The notes below the pieces were generated by a model. It was not told the origin of the DNA, searched no databases, and saw only the letters and a program-made list of their open reading frames with translations. This document shows positions 14,288 to 28,558 of a stretch of 64,000 bases of DNA, piece after piece. The translations under genes were made by a program, and so were the position numbers. This DNA is from Flaccisagitta enflata (Eukaryota), in the NCBI GenBank assembly GCA_965153355.1, contig OZ231126.1, positions 39,060,001-39,124,000 of the forward strand. The letters run 5' to 3'. Numbering within the stretch: the stretch's first letter is position 1; each line of letters begins with the position of its first letter.

Positions 14288-14356
14288 AGTGTAAGTGTGT
14301 GTGTGCTATGGAGAGTGGTTGATCTCTCTCTCTCTCTCTCTCTCTCCCTATCTATA

Positions 14357-14412
<56 letters not shown>

Positions 14413-14964
14413 TTCTTTTTCTCAACGGTTCCTGTTGTGCTGTCCTATTCTTCATACCCTGCCCCTCCTCCTCTCCTCCTCCCCTCCGCCTCTCCTCCTC
14501 CTCCTTTCCACAGGATTTCTCTCCGATTCCCGATATTAGTTTCTTGTCGTTCTGCGAGGATATAACAGCGCGCTCCGTCAAATCGATATTCACAACCAAA
14601 TATTTGCCTCGAGCAAACAAAAATCAATCAACCCTTTCCTTCCTCTCTTTATATCTCTGTATCTCTCTTCCACGTTCTGGTAATCAACCATCGCATCGGT
14701 TAGTCATACCATCGTTGATAACCACGAAGAGAAGAAACAACAACAAACACTTTCAACGTTTCCACTTCGCTACTTCGGAAAAAAAAATTCATTCAAATCA
14801 AATCAACGAAAAAACAAACAATTCGCAAAAACATCTTCTGCGTCAATCCCAATCTATCAAGAAAATCTCGCCATCTAATAACTAAGGATCAAAAGAAACC
14901 AAATCTGTCTCTACTTACTTTGGAGGATCCAAAACTGTTTCTTGAATAAAAAACTACATTGACA

Positions 14965-15768
14965 ATGTCTCCCTGTCAAGTCGTCTCCGTCCTCGTTTCC
15001 GTCGCCCTCATTTCCGGCATCTTCGTCGTCGTCGATTCCAAGGCGTTGATGCCCAATTCCATCGCCGCCGCCGCTGCCGCCGCCGCTTCCTCGTTATCCT
15101 CCTCCCCGGGCGTCGTTCTCGGCGCCGCGTCTCCGTCCAACGTGGCCGCCGCCGTCGCCGCCGCCAAGTCGCTGACGCCATCTTCGCGTCGCGTGGCTTC
15201 GCTTTTCCGTCAGAGTCTCTTCCAAGCGTTTGTCGAGGCTCAAAGTCAAGGAGATTGGTTCCGCAATTTGGAGCTGCTCGGCCGCGACAACTTCGTCGAG
15301 GACTTCATGTCGATCCAAGACCCTCGTCAAGGCTCCGAAGCCGGCGCTTTGCTGGCGGAAACCACGGACAGTCTCCGCGAAGCCGAAATCGCGGCTCAAG
15401 TGGAAAACGTCTTCGCTAAAGAAAAGAAATTCGCGTCGACGCGTTTGGGACAAAAGATGAAGAGGAAGTTGGCCAAGATGCTCGCCAAACGCACCAACTG
15501 CCCCGTCGTCTACGAGTGGCAAGATCTCGGCGAACATCATTTTCCGCGCTACATTCGTACCGGCAGCTGCTCGCAGAAGAGATCGTGCAGTTTCCCGTCG
15601 GGTATGGGCTGCAAACCGGCGGAACAATCCCATTTGACGCTTCTCAGAAGATTCTGCGGCGCCAGAAGATGGGGGAAAGCTGAAGTGGAACCTTTCAATC
15701 CCGACGCAACTTGTAGATGGATCTCTATCAAATACCCCATCGTTACGAAATGCTCTTGCTCTTGTTAG
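14965..15768 (+). CDS. nog: Noggin / noggin-like protein, copy 2 (protein identical to copy 1)
   Basis: Same 267-aa translation as 4146-4949. I see three synonymous differences: TTT>TTC, GGA>GGT, GGC>GGG. Confidence 0.93.
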   Translation: MSPCQVVSVLVSVALISGIFVVVDSKALMPNSIAAAAAAAASSLSSSPGVVLGAASPSNVAAAVAAAKSLTPSSRRVASLFRQSLFQAFVEAQSQGDWFRNLELLGRDNFVEDFMSIQDPRQGSEAGALLAETTDSLREAEIAAQVENVFAKEKKFASTRLGQKMKRKLAKMLAKRTNCPVVYEWQDLGEHHFPRYIRTGSCSQKRSCSFPSGMGCKPAEQSHLTLLRRFCGARRWGKAEVEPFNPDATCRWISIKYPIVTKCSCSC

Positions 15769-16843
15769 ATGTCCCCCTCAACCGCCATTCTTTTTTGGGT
15801 TTCAGTATGGGAAATATCGTTTTCACTGTCTAACATGCGATCCGGCCACCCCCTGGCCACTATACCCCTCATATCAATGACTTAACATTGTATCGGCCGC
15901 GTACCTTATTACCTCAACATGCTCAATTGCGTTCTGTGAACGCTCCGTCTATATTGTGATGAATCTCGATCTCAATTTGATTGTAGAGTGTTGATTTCAA
16001 CCTTATTTTATTAATTTTCTTGTCATAATAACATCCGTTACTCTCGTTATATAGAATGTTGTTCATAACAAATGTTGAATATTTTGATGTAGATTGCTCC
16101 TTTTCTCCCTCGATTCTATCGTATCGTATTGTTCATTGTTTTTGACATTGCCTCTTGAAATTTGATCTCACTCGCTAACTATTCAAATGTATTTTATGAT
16201 TTCAAATAAAAACTGGGAAAGTCATCTTTGATGAAAAAAAAACGTTTAAGTCATTGAAAAAGAAAAGTCACAGGTGCGCCAATCGAAACCCGAGACAGTT
16301 CAAGCTAGCTGTAGAGAGAGAGAGAGAGAGCAACTTCTGTCTTGCGACCATGTGATTGCGGCGGCAAGAGTCTCCGATGATCGTCATGGATTTTGTTTTG
16401 TCGTTTTGTTGTTGTAAGACTGAGACTAATCGTGAATTCGACACCAATGACCAACAGTCCGTCTAATTAGTCTTGGACTCTTTGACCCATTCAGTGAGAG
16501 AGCAATCGCAGACGACGATAGAGACGACGGAGAGAGCATGCAGGAGTTCAGTTTTGACGATGACGACGATGGCGATGGCGATAACGATGACGATGACGAC
16601 GACAATGAAGGAGTCTGCCAATGTATCGAATACCAGTTTAACGAGTAGTTATGACGAAGATGACGCCTTCGCAATCGAGGGTGGTGACGGGGCCGAGAGG
16701 AAGGGGGCGCCATTGCACACAGCGCCACCAATCTCTACCACGTGGTGCCGAAGTAACAGTGCAGCGGCGCCAATGAACATAGCGCCCCTCCTACCGTAGC
16801 TGTAGAGGTGGGGCGACACCGAGCTATATAGATAGAAAGTGTC

Positions 16844-16898
<55 letters not shown>

Positions 16899-17597
16899 GC
16901 GCCAGCAGCAGCAGCAACAGCAACAACAACAACAGCGACGACGACGGCGACGGCAATGACAGCGACGACGACGACGGCGACGACGACGACGGCAACAACA
17001 ACATGCGGCAACGACGCGACAGCGACAACAACAAATTTATAACTACATCGCGTGCGCAGCAGAAATATTTAACGCCGAAAGCAACAAAAACAGCGCAACG
17101 ACAATATGCGAAAACCATTGACTGGGCAGCTCGATAGTCGATGCTTCATCGTCATTCAGGCGCAGCCAGACAGCGGATTGGAAGGATGGACGGACGGACG
17201 GACGGACCGGACGGAAGGGACATTACGATCTATCTCTATAATATCTGAAGGGAGGTTTTTGATAACGAGTGACGCGTGCGAGCTAATGAAGCCGAGTAAC
17301 AGAAATTCTCTCGTCAGGATGATGAGGAAGAATTGGATGATTTCGCAGACGATCGCAGTGTCCTCTGATCACCTGTTGTCCATTCACGCCTCTTTCCCTT
17401 TGTCTTTCTTGCTATATTTCTTTCTTTCTTTCTTTTTTTTCTTTTTCTGTTTTTGTTCTTCCTTTTTCTCCTTCTTTCTCTTCTTTCTCTTTCTTTCTTT
17501 CTTTCTTTCTTTCTTTTTCTTTCTTTCTTATATATTTCTTTCTTTCTTTCTTTCTCTCTTTTCTTTCTTTCTTTCTTTTTTTTTCTTTCTCTCTTTC

Positions 17598-17629
<32 letters not shown>

Positions 17630-17635
17630 TCCTTT

Positions 17636-17677
<42 letters not shown>

Positions 17678-19659
17678 TTTCTTTCTTTTTCCTTCCTTCC
17701 CTTTTTGGGCAGCGGCCCCAAGGCCGGGCAAAGGGCCGATGTCCTGTAGAACACAGGGATGAACTATTACATATGTAAGTCTGACTGTCCCCCCCAGCTT
17801 GTTGGTCCAAATCTCAGCCTGTTAGCCCAAATCCCAGTCTATTGGCCCAAATCCTCTCCCACTGGCTTGAGTCCCAGCCTGCTGGCCCAAATCCCAGCCT
17901 GCTGGCCCAAATCCCAGCCTGTTGAACCCAATCCCAGCCTGTTGACCCTAGCCTCAAGGCCCTAATTCCAGCCATAGGGCTCAATTGAATAATTATTAGC
18001 CTTAAAGCCTAAATCCAGACAAAATCTCAGCCTTTAGACTCAAATCCCTGCATCCAGACCCAAACATCAGCCAAATGACCCTTAGCCCACCTAAATAGAT
18101 CAACTCTGAAACCACGCCTTACATGTGTAACAAGGCCGTAAACACTACAGGACAGCCGCGGATGGTTGGGCAGGAGCAGTAATGCAATACCGCTTGCAAT
18201 TCAGAAATGTTACGGACCAACAGACCAACACGGCAAGGTGTAGAGTAGCCTGTCCGCGACTGAAAATAGTCACAGGTGGACTTACATAACGGTTCACCCC
18301 TGTGTACTACAGGACACCAGCCCTTTGATGCTGATGCCCTGCTTTCACCCCACTACTTCACATGATCACTCCAAGCAGAGCATCAGGTACCGCTGCCCAT
18401 GTGCGATCCTTGGATGACTAGTTCTTTTCTTTCTTTTGTTGGTTTATTCCCTTTTGGGCAGCGGCCCCAAAGGGGCCGATGACCTATGCTTTAACATATG
18501 CAGAAATTTCTCCTCCTACGTTCCCCCCCTGCTTTTAGTCTCAAGGACCAAATTCCAGCCTCGAGGCCTAAATTCCAGCATCAAGGCCCAAATCTCAGCC
18601 TTGAACCCAAATCTCAGCCTTGAGGCCCAAATCCCAGCCTCCAGGGCCAAATCCCAGCCTCCAGGCCCAAATCCCAGCCTCGAGGCCCAAACCCCAGCTC
18701 GCTCAAATCCCAGCCATGAGGCTAAAATCCTTGCCTCTAGGCTCAAGTCCCAGCTTCTAGGCCCAAATTCCAGCCTCTCTCCGCCGCACACTCCCCAATA
18801 CACTCACATAGGGGCAACGGGTACCTCTGACCATCTAACGCTTTTGCGACTATTTACTTTTCTTCATGATTTCTTGTATCGTCTTGTTTCGTCTTGTTCA
18901 GTGTTATTGTCTGTCATACTATCTTTCTGATTGGTGTTTTTCTCTGTCCGAATGTCTAATTGTGTCTGTCTGGCTAAATGTCAGTCCGTCTGTCTGACCG
19001 TTATTTTAACCGTGTTTTTCAGATGGTTGCCTGTCTCCCTTTCTCTGTCTGTCTGTTTGTCTGTCTGTCTGTGTCAGTCTGTCTCAGGGTTGAAAGGGTG
19101 GATAAATCCGTTTGAAAAATCCGTATTTATCCGGATGGATAAAAATGGACTTTTTCAAGTGAATTTTGAAAAAATCTGGATTTTTCTGGATTTTTTCAAG
19201 TTTCTATTTTAAAATGGTCAAACTTGTAGGAAAATGATATTGAATGATCTCAAATCATCATTAGGACAAACATTTGTCGTCTCACAGATTTTGCTCTGTC
19301 TCTGAACGTAAGAGGGCATTTGTTTCTGGGTCAGTTGAACTGCTCTGTGTCCCCTTTATTAATCATTTATAGTGTTTTTCTAAAACCTTATCATTGTATG
19401 CCCTCTATCAACTTTCAAACGAGTACTTAATCACATTGTATAGCACATTTTAGAAAAAAATCTTTAAGTTGAAAAAATCCATGATTGAATCCGGATTAAT
19501 CTAAAAAAATCAGGATTTCAATGGATTTTTTCAAACAAAATGGAACCCTGGTCTGTCACTATTTCTAAGAAATTTGAACAACATTACTACTCAACCCCTA
19601 TCTTACCTACCCTATCTTTGTCTCTTTCCTTCTGTTTGTCTGTCGGTCTGTCAGTCACT

Positions 19660-19713
<54 letters not shown>

Positions 19714-20179
19714 TATATATTAAAATATATATCTCTCAATTATCAGTGCATTCAACTCATGTATTAAGGTCATCTCGCCAAAAAGAAGAACAAAAATGAA
19801 GTAGAAGAGAAAAGAAGTAGAAAAAAAAAGAAGACAAAAGGAAGAAAAGAAGATGAAGAAGAAGAAGAAGAAGAAGAAGAAGAAGAAGAAGAAGAAGAAG
19901 AAGAAGAAGACAAAGACTACTGGACCGAATCCTCGAGGTTATTTATAGTGGTCATTTTTTGGAAATCCTGGTTTCTCGGATGAGTGCGATGGGTAATCAT
20001 GAGCTGGAAGGATCCCTCAGGCGCCAATTCACACGCATTCATTCACACGCATTCATGGTGTTAAAAAAAGAAAACATCCCTCGAAGACAGGAGAGAAAAT
20101 CCTCAAGACGAGTCGTAATTCTCAGACTGCTCATTGTTGAGGTTGTTATTGTCTGCACCACTACCAATTGATGGGTTAG

Positions 20180-20294
<115 letters not shown>

Positions 20295-20348
20295 GGAAGT
20301 AAAAGGAGCCACGCCCCGACCATTTTATTTTGTTGTTGTTGTTGTTGT

Positions 20349-20429
<81 letters not shown>

Positions 20430-20435
20430 TCGTCG

Positions 20436-20498
<63 letters not shown>

Positions 20499-21540
20499 TT
20501 GTTTTGTCACAGTATTGATGCATATTTTCCACATTTCAATTCTTTGTTGGTGTTCTTTTATCAATTGGTTGCGGTTGCACTGATTTTGGAGCCGCGAATC
20601 GAACCAATACTTTTAACTGGTAATAACCATTACTTGACAAAAAGGTCAATTTGGTCGCGGGTACATTTTGGAATAAACCCATCTGTCTTTGGCGTTTTGA
20701 AAAATGAACCGAAATGAAACTTTTTTTTGGCTAAAAAGGCCACACTTATACCAAGAAAATGTACAGGTATAGGTATAGGTATAGGTGAAAAAAGTCCATT
20801 TGGTGATCCAACTCTAAGGATGAAAACAAAATCGCACAGACCATCAATTTTCACAAAAAGTGATGTCACAGTTCAAGTCCATGCACCTTGCCCCTGGGTT
20901 TGCAACCGGTAGTTGCAAAATAGTAAACTGATCTGTCCATAAAATAGAAAAACAATAAAAAACAAACAAACAAACAAACAAATAATCAAACAAACAAACA
21001 AACAAACAAACAAACAAACAAACAAACAAACAAACAAACAAACAAACAAACAAACAAACAAACAAACAAACAGACAAACCAAAACCAAAACCAAAAGTAA
21101 AGCAAAAATGAAAGAAACTAACAAGTGACGCGGGGTCACAATATCGTTGCGGACGGGTGGGCAGGGGCATCCAACCCAGATTCACACCCCAACTCCCACC
21201 CCACACACAAACATACACGAAAAGTATCCAAAATGCTGGTTTTACCACTTTTCGACTCGGTCATTACGAACCAACGGACGGACAAAGCCTCTCATGGAGT
21301 TGCATGTCCGCAACTAAAAATGAACCATGCAATAATTGAATTTGAATTATTCCAATTGGTTGTGATTTATTAGTTCATAACACTTTGACGATATGCAGAA
21401 TTGCAGATGACCAATTCACACAGATTTCTAGTTTTGTTCCGTCGTTATCGCAATGATTAAGGTTGCCCGAAAAAAAAGCAAACCGAATATCACTTTTTCC
21501 TTTTTCAAAGTGAACGGTTATCAGGAACGGAAAGGGGAAA

Positions 21541-21673
21541 ATGTTTTCGTCTTTGCCGATTTTCGTGGTTTTTCTTTGTCGTCTTTTGTTGGTTTCTTCG
21601 TTGCCGAAAGATGACGCCACGACAGCGCAGGAAACCTGGATCGGAAGGGCGCTCTGGGAAAACGACGAACCAG
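21541..21673 (+). CDS. Candidate signal-peptide first exon, probably of the ADAM/ADAMTS-like gene
   Basis: MFSSLPIFVVFLCRLLLVSS|LPKDD... looks like a signal peptide. It ends at CAG/GTCAGT in phase 1, matching the phase-1 acceptor of exon 49923. Confidence 0.5.
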
Positions 21674-22402
21674 GTCAGTTGACAAGCAAAGATTTTGCCA
21701 TATCAAATGAAAATAAGCAAGACTTTGTTGCAACACATTTCGGGATAAGTTAAACCTTCACCTAGGGCAATCTCATACAGAACAAGTGACGCGGGTTCAC
21801 TATATCGTTGCGGATGGGTGGGTAGGGGCGTTCAACCCCCAATCACAACCCAACCCTCACTCCTTCCCCCCACTCGTTTTTCCACTTTTCAACTTGATCA
21901 TTATGGACAAATTGACGGACTGACGGACCGATGGATGGACAAAGCCCCTTATAAAGTTGCGTGTCCGCAACAAAAAAGTCTTATCGTAAATTCTCTTCAA
22001 CGGGCAGTTTGGACACACGGCTTGATCACCATATCCAGTTGCAATTTTTTTAAAGACCATCCATAGTCCATAATCTGCCAGAATCCAATGTTAATCTAAC
22101 TAAAACAACAAATGAGGCACATATGTCAAAAACCTGCCTGTCTACATGAATTGAAAACAATCGATGATAACGTAAACTGCGCCAAAGAGAATTTACTTTG
22201 ATTAAGAGAAAGTCAGCAACTGAAAGGTGTCGTAGGAGAATTCCTTTTCCTACGAAAAATTCAATTTTGTTTCTGATTTGTAAAAAGATAGTATATAGAT
22301 CGAAGAAAGATATAACACCAATCGCAGAATGATCAATAAAATGAAACATGAAATCAAGTCATGAGACACCAAGAGAATAATAAAGGCATCGTCAATTCGG
22401 CA

Positions 22403-25087
22403 TCAGTAAATTTGGCTGATTTTCGCATCAATCAACCATGCCTTATCAACCCAGCCCCGACGTTTTTTGCTTTTATCGTAAAAGTAATCGATGATCGAAA
22501 TAATAACAGCAATCAGTCCGGCAAAAAACACGCAACAAAAGACGCCAGCGTAACTATCAAACCTCAGAGATTTGCCCGTTTTGGTCTCATTGATGGCCGA
22601 CCAGTCACGTTTGTACTTTCTCACGATCTGATCGATAACGCCAGACCGACTGAATCTCTCGAGTAATTCTATGACTTTTGACTGATGCCTCCATCCATTT
22701 CTCATCGCGAACCCGTAACTGACGTAACTGAAATAACCATCCAAAGTGTACAACCTGTGCTTTTCCGGTATGTGACCTTTCAGCCATTCGATGTTGGCGT
22801 CAAAATCAACCCAAACGTCTCCGGCCATCAACCTTTCCATGGGGCCTTTCCTCCATCCACAATGGGTTATGTTGATAAACTGCACCCGCCCCCGTTTGAT
22901 CAATTTGTTCAAAACGCAGTTATCTAAACTTTTAATTTCTTCTTCGTAAATGTCAAAGCCACTGACGTTGTAATCTGAATGTATGATTTCATCGATCGAT
23001 TTTAAAGGTTTTGACAGAGAATTTTCCGAAAAAATGGCCGCCAAATTGGCCGTGTATGTTGCTACGAAAATGAGGCAGAAAAAACTCCACCATTGCTTCA
23101 GAACTTTACCACCGGTGGAAACCGGATGTTTGTCTACGCCCATCTGTACAGATCCCAATGAAAAATAACAAAGACTTTCCCAGAATGTAAAATCTTCTTT
23201 GGGTTTGGTTGAATTCACCGATTTCATGCTCAGAAATGAGATGAAAGTGAGAATGGAAGCGTAGACGATCCAAACTAAGGCAAAAGTGAGCCAAATTTGC
23301 CATTTGAACGGTTTGAAGAAGATCAAAAAGTCGATGCTTTCTTCTCGCTTAAGCATGACGGCCTGAGCTCCGCCCATCGCGAATGTCGGGGTCATCGTGT
23401 AGCTGTCAAAAAAATTTGAAATTGGCGTTGCATTAATGAATTAGAGACGGATACACTGACCCCAGTCACAAGTGGGTGGGCCGGGGCAGTGATGCAAAAA
23501 GTCGTTTGCTATCCAACAATGTGGCCGACGGACGGACTAACGGACCGACAGATCGATACAGCAACATAATGAGTGCCCGCGACAAAAAATGGCGAGCGAA
23601 TTCCTATTTTCAACCCTAGCGGACAGTGTCGATTTACCACGCGAATCAAAAAAAAAGACGCACTTTTAAATGGTTAATTTAGCCAATAAATCTTCAAAAA
23701 AACTACAAAAAATTTTAGGTCATTTTGAAGCTCTTTGAAAGTACTTTCATTTGGCGCTAATCTGGTATTGCTATCTTTTTTCGTCTAGAAATGGCATCAG
23801 TTTGAGTAAAAACGTTGCCTATTTCAGTTTCGCAATCCGTATGAAAAAGTGCATTTTAGCAAAATAGTGCTTCTCTTTGCAGAGCTCTTGCTCCTAAACC
23901 GTTTGAGATTCAGATCTGGGATTGGTCTAAAATGATAGATTTTTTGAAAATCTTTCAAAATATTTTAATATATTTGATTTTTTCATCTGTTTTATCAATT
24001 AATAGATAGGTGCGTCTTTTTTTGTTTTGATCCAAGTGGTAACTCGAAATTGAATTCAATTTAAGTTTTTATGTAACTAGGCCGGATAAACGGCTACCCT
24101 AGTCGCGTGCGGGTGGGTAGGGGCCATCATTGAGGTCACTACAGCACTTGCGCAAGTGCAGTGAGGCCAAAGACCGAAAAAAAAAACCAAAAAACAAAAC
24201 AAAACATAAAATAGTCGCAAAAGCGTTAGATGGTCAGCGGTACCCGAGCCCTGCCCTAGTAGGTTGTGCATGAAGTTGAAGGGGAGGCAGGGCAGCGGCC
24301 CGAAAGGGTCGATGACCTATGCTTTCACACATATGGGGAATTTTCTCTTTCTCCTCTTCCTCCTCCCAGTCTCATGGCCCAAATCCTATCCGCAAGGCCC
24401 AAATCCTAGCCTAAAGACTCAAATCCTAACCAAAAGGCTCAAATCCGCCTGGAGGTCAAAATCCCAGCCTTGAGGCCCAAATCACATCCTTGCACCTGGT
24501 ATATGAACCTCAAGGCTTAAGATTTGGGCCTCACAGCTGGGATTTGAGCCTCAAGGATGAGATTTGGGCGTAAAGGCTGGAATTTGGGTCTCCAGGCTAG
24601 AATTTGGGCCTTTAGGCTAGGATTTGGGCCACAAGACTGAGAACTGGGTCTCGGGACTGGGATTTGGGCCTGGAGACTGAGGGGGGGGGCGGATGGACAG
24701 AGAAGGAGGAGGAGAAAATTCCCCATAAGTATAGGTCATCGACCCCTTTGGGACCGCTGCCCAAAAAGTAAAGTGTGATGGAGCGAACGACGGAGGGAAA
24801 AAAGCGTAGCACGCGACTGAAATAGGTTTAATGTTCACTCACTTTGAAATGTTTGCTCTTCTCATTCTGCCATCGTCCATTCTTTGAACGATGATGTCTG
24901 CGGATTGACTTCTGAATGTCGCCGTCATGTCATCCCAAGAACGAACCGCGGGACGAAAATTGGCGACGTTGAGATTGTAGGCGATTCGTTCCCAAATATC
25001 GATGCAAATGCCGCGCAATATTCCGTCATCTTTAAAAACAAAGTCATCTTCGGAATTGGTGGTTATAGCCACAGTCGTGTCATGCAT
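22403..25087 (-). CDS. iGluR/IR-like receptor A (exons 25087-24843, 23402-22403; ~414 aa; 5' end uncertain)
   Basis: S1 motif GICIDIWERIA, phase-2 GT-AG intron, FKPFKWQIW-M1, pore SVQMG, M3 ATYTANLAAIF, S2 YGFAM and M4. No signal peptide in the visible first exon. Confidence 0.88.
23637..24039. mobile_element. Tc1/mariner-type MITE in the intron of receptor A
   Basis: TIRs CCACGCGAATCAAAAAAAAAGACGCAC / GTGCGTCTTTTTTTGTTTTGATCCAAGTGG, with TA on both flanks. Confidence 0.65.
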
Positions 25088-26305
25088 CACCTTTTTTCTT
25101 GGTTGAAGAATAAAATGAGGGATTTTTGAAACCAGATTGCCGCTTCAAGATTACAGGTTCTTGACTCGCGCTATCAATCCTTGTGGGCAGCTGCCCCGAA
25201 ATGACCGATGACCTATGCTTTCACACTTGGGGGAAATTCTCTTTCTCCTTCTCCATCTAATCAATCAAATCCCCGCCTCAAGGCTCAAATCCCAGTCTCG
25301 AGAATTAAATCCTTGAGACTCCAGTCCCAGCCTCGAGGCTCAAATCCCCATCTTGAGGCTCAAATCTCAGCTGTACAGATTAAGTTCCAGCCTTGAGGCT
25401 CAAATCCCACTCTGAAGCTCAACGCTCAAACCCCAGCTTCAAGCTTGACACTGCTTCCGTATTCAAGTCCCAGTCTCAATGTTCGAATTCAAGCCTCCAT
25501 TCTCAAATCCAAGCCAAGCATAGATCATTAGCTGCTAAGGGCCGCTTCCCCTTCTCACCACCACATCATAACATACATTGATTTAAGGGGAAAGCATATC
25601 GCTGACCATCTGACGCTTTTACGACTTTTTGAATCTGCTGCCCAAAAAGTTAAAGAGTTCAAAGTTTATATTTTTAACTCAGGTGCAATAACGCATCTCT
25701 AGTCAGAGACAGAGAACCTCGCCAGGACAATAACTCGCTTAATAATGATAAGTTTCAAGTTGATACGAAATGCTCCATACCGCATACATCTTACTCTCTC
25801 GTTGCAAAGTCTACCTCCGTTTGTTTGCTTTCATCTATTTCTTTTTCTGTTATCAAACACGCTCGTAAGTGCACAAAGGGACCAGGACGGATCGTCTCGC
25901 AAAAATATCTGTTTTGTGGCTTTTCCCGAGAACGAGAATTGACGTCAGTGGCGGTGTTTGATCAAGCACCCAGCGCAGTTTTATGTTTGCGTTTCCATGC
26001 AAACAACGGTCATTCGCAGTTTATTGAGGACGTCTGCGGTTGAGGTCGATGATTTACGTAATCTCGTCGAAGGTCGTTTCACTGATGCGAGATGTCACCC
26101 ATGAAAAGGTGTGTATAACTCGTTGAGAACTTTTACAGTGATGGCTGTTCCATTACCAATGCAGCAGTAAAAGGCTTTCATGAGGAAGAAACCTATGAGT
26201 TAGGTTAGCCTTTATCAATATCAGTCTTTGGCTAAATGACTGAGACAGAAAAATTCATTGATTAACTGTCAAACGGTGAGCCTGTCTCCTTATCGGAATA
26301 TCAAT

Positions 26306-26446
<141 letters not shown>

Positions 26447-26747
26447 TGTCAATTCCATTAAAATTACTAAAGTCAGAAAATTCATGATGGTCTTATTTCA
26501 TGTTGATTAAGAGCGAACAGTATAAATGACAGAATAGTGTCAGAAAGGCATACATAGTTCAATTTCGCAACATGCAAAGGTAGCTGAAATGTTGTTCACT
26601 GCAGTTTTAACAGATTGGCGGGTGAAATCATGATGATTTACATCATAGAAAATTATCAGTCTAGACAAGAGGTTTTCGTATCATTTTGACATTACAAAGG
26701 AAAGGTAATATCTATATACTAAACGCCCAATATAAAAACCCGTTCAG

Positions 26748-28381
26748 TCAACTACCACATTTGAGTCGTTTGTCACGGTATAAACTGATGGCAGTTAACC
26801 CTGGAGCGACCAAACCGGCGGTAAACACCAGACAAAATATACCGGCAAAGCTGATAAGCTCGATGGGTTTGACATCTTCCTCTCCAGCATCATCCAAAAG
26901 AATGCTTTGATGGTCTCTCGTAATCTCCTCTACAATACCCGATTGAGTGTATTTAGCTATCAGCTTGCTTACATTTTCAGCATGTTTCCATTTTGTTTTC
27001 ATAGCGAATCCTTGGGGAATGCGATTAAAGTAGCCATCTAGCGCGTACACTCTGTCCTTCTCAGCAAGATACTGTATAATAGAATCGATGTTAGTATTAG
27101 GAACTAGCCAGATGCAATCAGACTGGAGCGTTTCACTAACTATTCCACTCCAATTGCGGTCCCCCATAATGAAATACTGAATACGTTCCTTCATTATCAA
27201 CTCATTCAAAATACTGTTGTTGTAGGTAACAAATTCCTTTTCAAAGTGTGCGTTGGCGCAGACATTGTACAAAGAGTTGTGGATGTCATCAATGGATTGG
27301 ACAGGTTTTAAGGTGGTATTTTTCGAAAATATCGCGGCCAAATTAGCCGTATATGTTGCAATGAGGATAACATAGAGAAAACTCCATGTCTGGTGCAATA
27401 CTTTACCCCCCAACGAAACTGGATGTTTGTCGGGTCCAAGCTGGATCGACCCGACGGAAAAATAACAATGACTCTCCCAAAAAGTGAAATCGTCTCTGGG
27501 TTCTGATGATGCGGGAACCAGCTTTTTACTGATCATTGAAATGAATGTAAGAATGAATGAGTAGAATAACCACAATAAATGAAATACGAGCCAGACTTGC
27601 CAATGGAATGGCTTCAAGAAAAGGGCAAATTCGAGGGTTTTGGGTTGTTTGAGCATCATAGCCTGGACTCCATCCATGGTGAAGGCCGGCGTTAACACGT
27701 ACCTGTAAAGGTCATGCAAATATAGATATCAATGAAGGATTAAAACCATTGAATATAAAATGGATCACATCCATACACTCAAACACTCCATACCAGTTAA
27801 TGAACTAAGGCAGGATACGCGGCTACGCGGCTACTTCAGTCGTGCGGTTGGGCAGGGGCAGTAAAAGAGAAGAAGCAGTGAACTCAAAACGCTCATAAAC
27901 GCTGAAAAAAGTAAAACGGGGACTGACCAACCTACCGACCGATGGACAGGGTGTAGAGTCGCGTCCATATATTTTTCACCTGCTTCATTAAAAATGTCTG
28001 CTTTCTTGTTTTCTACGCTCACGCGTCATTCAGCGTAAGAATGAGATTGTTGCTTACTCAAACTTACTCAAAAATGTCCATTCTGTCCATCTGAATGTCG
28101 TCCATTTTGCCGATGATGATGTCCGCGGTTTTATCTTCAAACGCCACGACTGACTGCATCGGAGATGTGACTGTCAATTCATAGTCTATGCCAAGTTCGT
28201 TGGCGACTAATTTCCACAAATCTATGCAAATTCCACTCGGTGTCCCATTTTCGTCGAAAACGTAATTGTCAGCCGTGTATTCTGTCACTGCGCGAGTTTT
28301 TTCGTTGGTGACAGTTAAAAAGGCCAATGAGACGGATTGAAAAAAAGCTGAAAATTTCAGCATCATATTGACCGCTGCCAT
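26748..28381 (-). CDS. iGluR/IR-like receptor B (exons 28381-28068, 27702-26748; 422 aa)
   Basis: Signal peptide followed directly by S1 (GICIDLWKLVA); GA/GTAAGT donor and TTTACAG acceptor; pore SIQLG; ATYTANLAAIF; M4. The joined CDS is 1269 nt and in frame. Confidence 0.92.
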
Positions 28382-28558
28382 TGTTGGTGATTTTAGTTAC
28401 TTTAAAAAAAGAAAAAAAAAAAAACATTTCTAATGCGCAAAACTGAAAATGTGGCTTTCAAATTGAAATTGCTTCTCTATGTAGACAGACAAAGCATTTT
28501 ATCCCAAAAAGTAGGTCAAAATCTCTTTGCAATTATAGACTTCCTTGTCAATCAGCTA

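Noticed and set aside
21541-21753. Possible neuropeptide precursor (QETWI-G-R)
   Set aside because: Single motif only; better explained as a signal-peptide exon with a phase-1 donor matching the ADAM exon.
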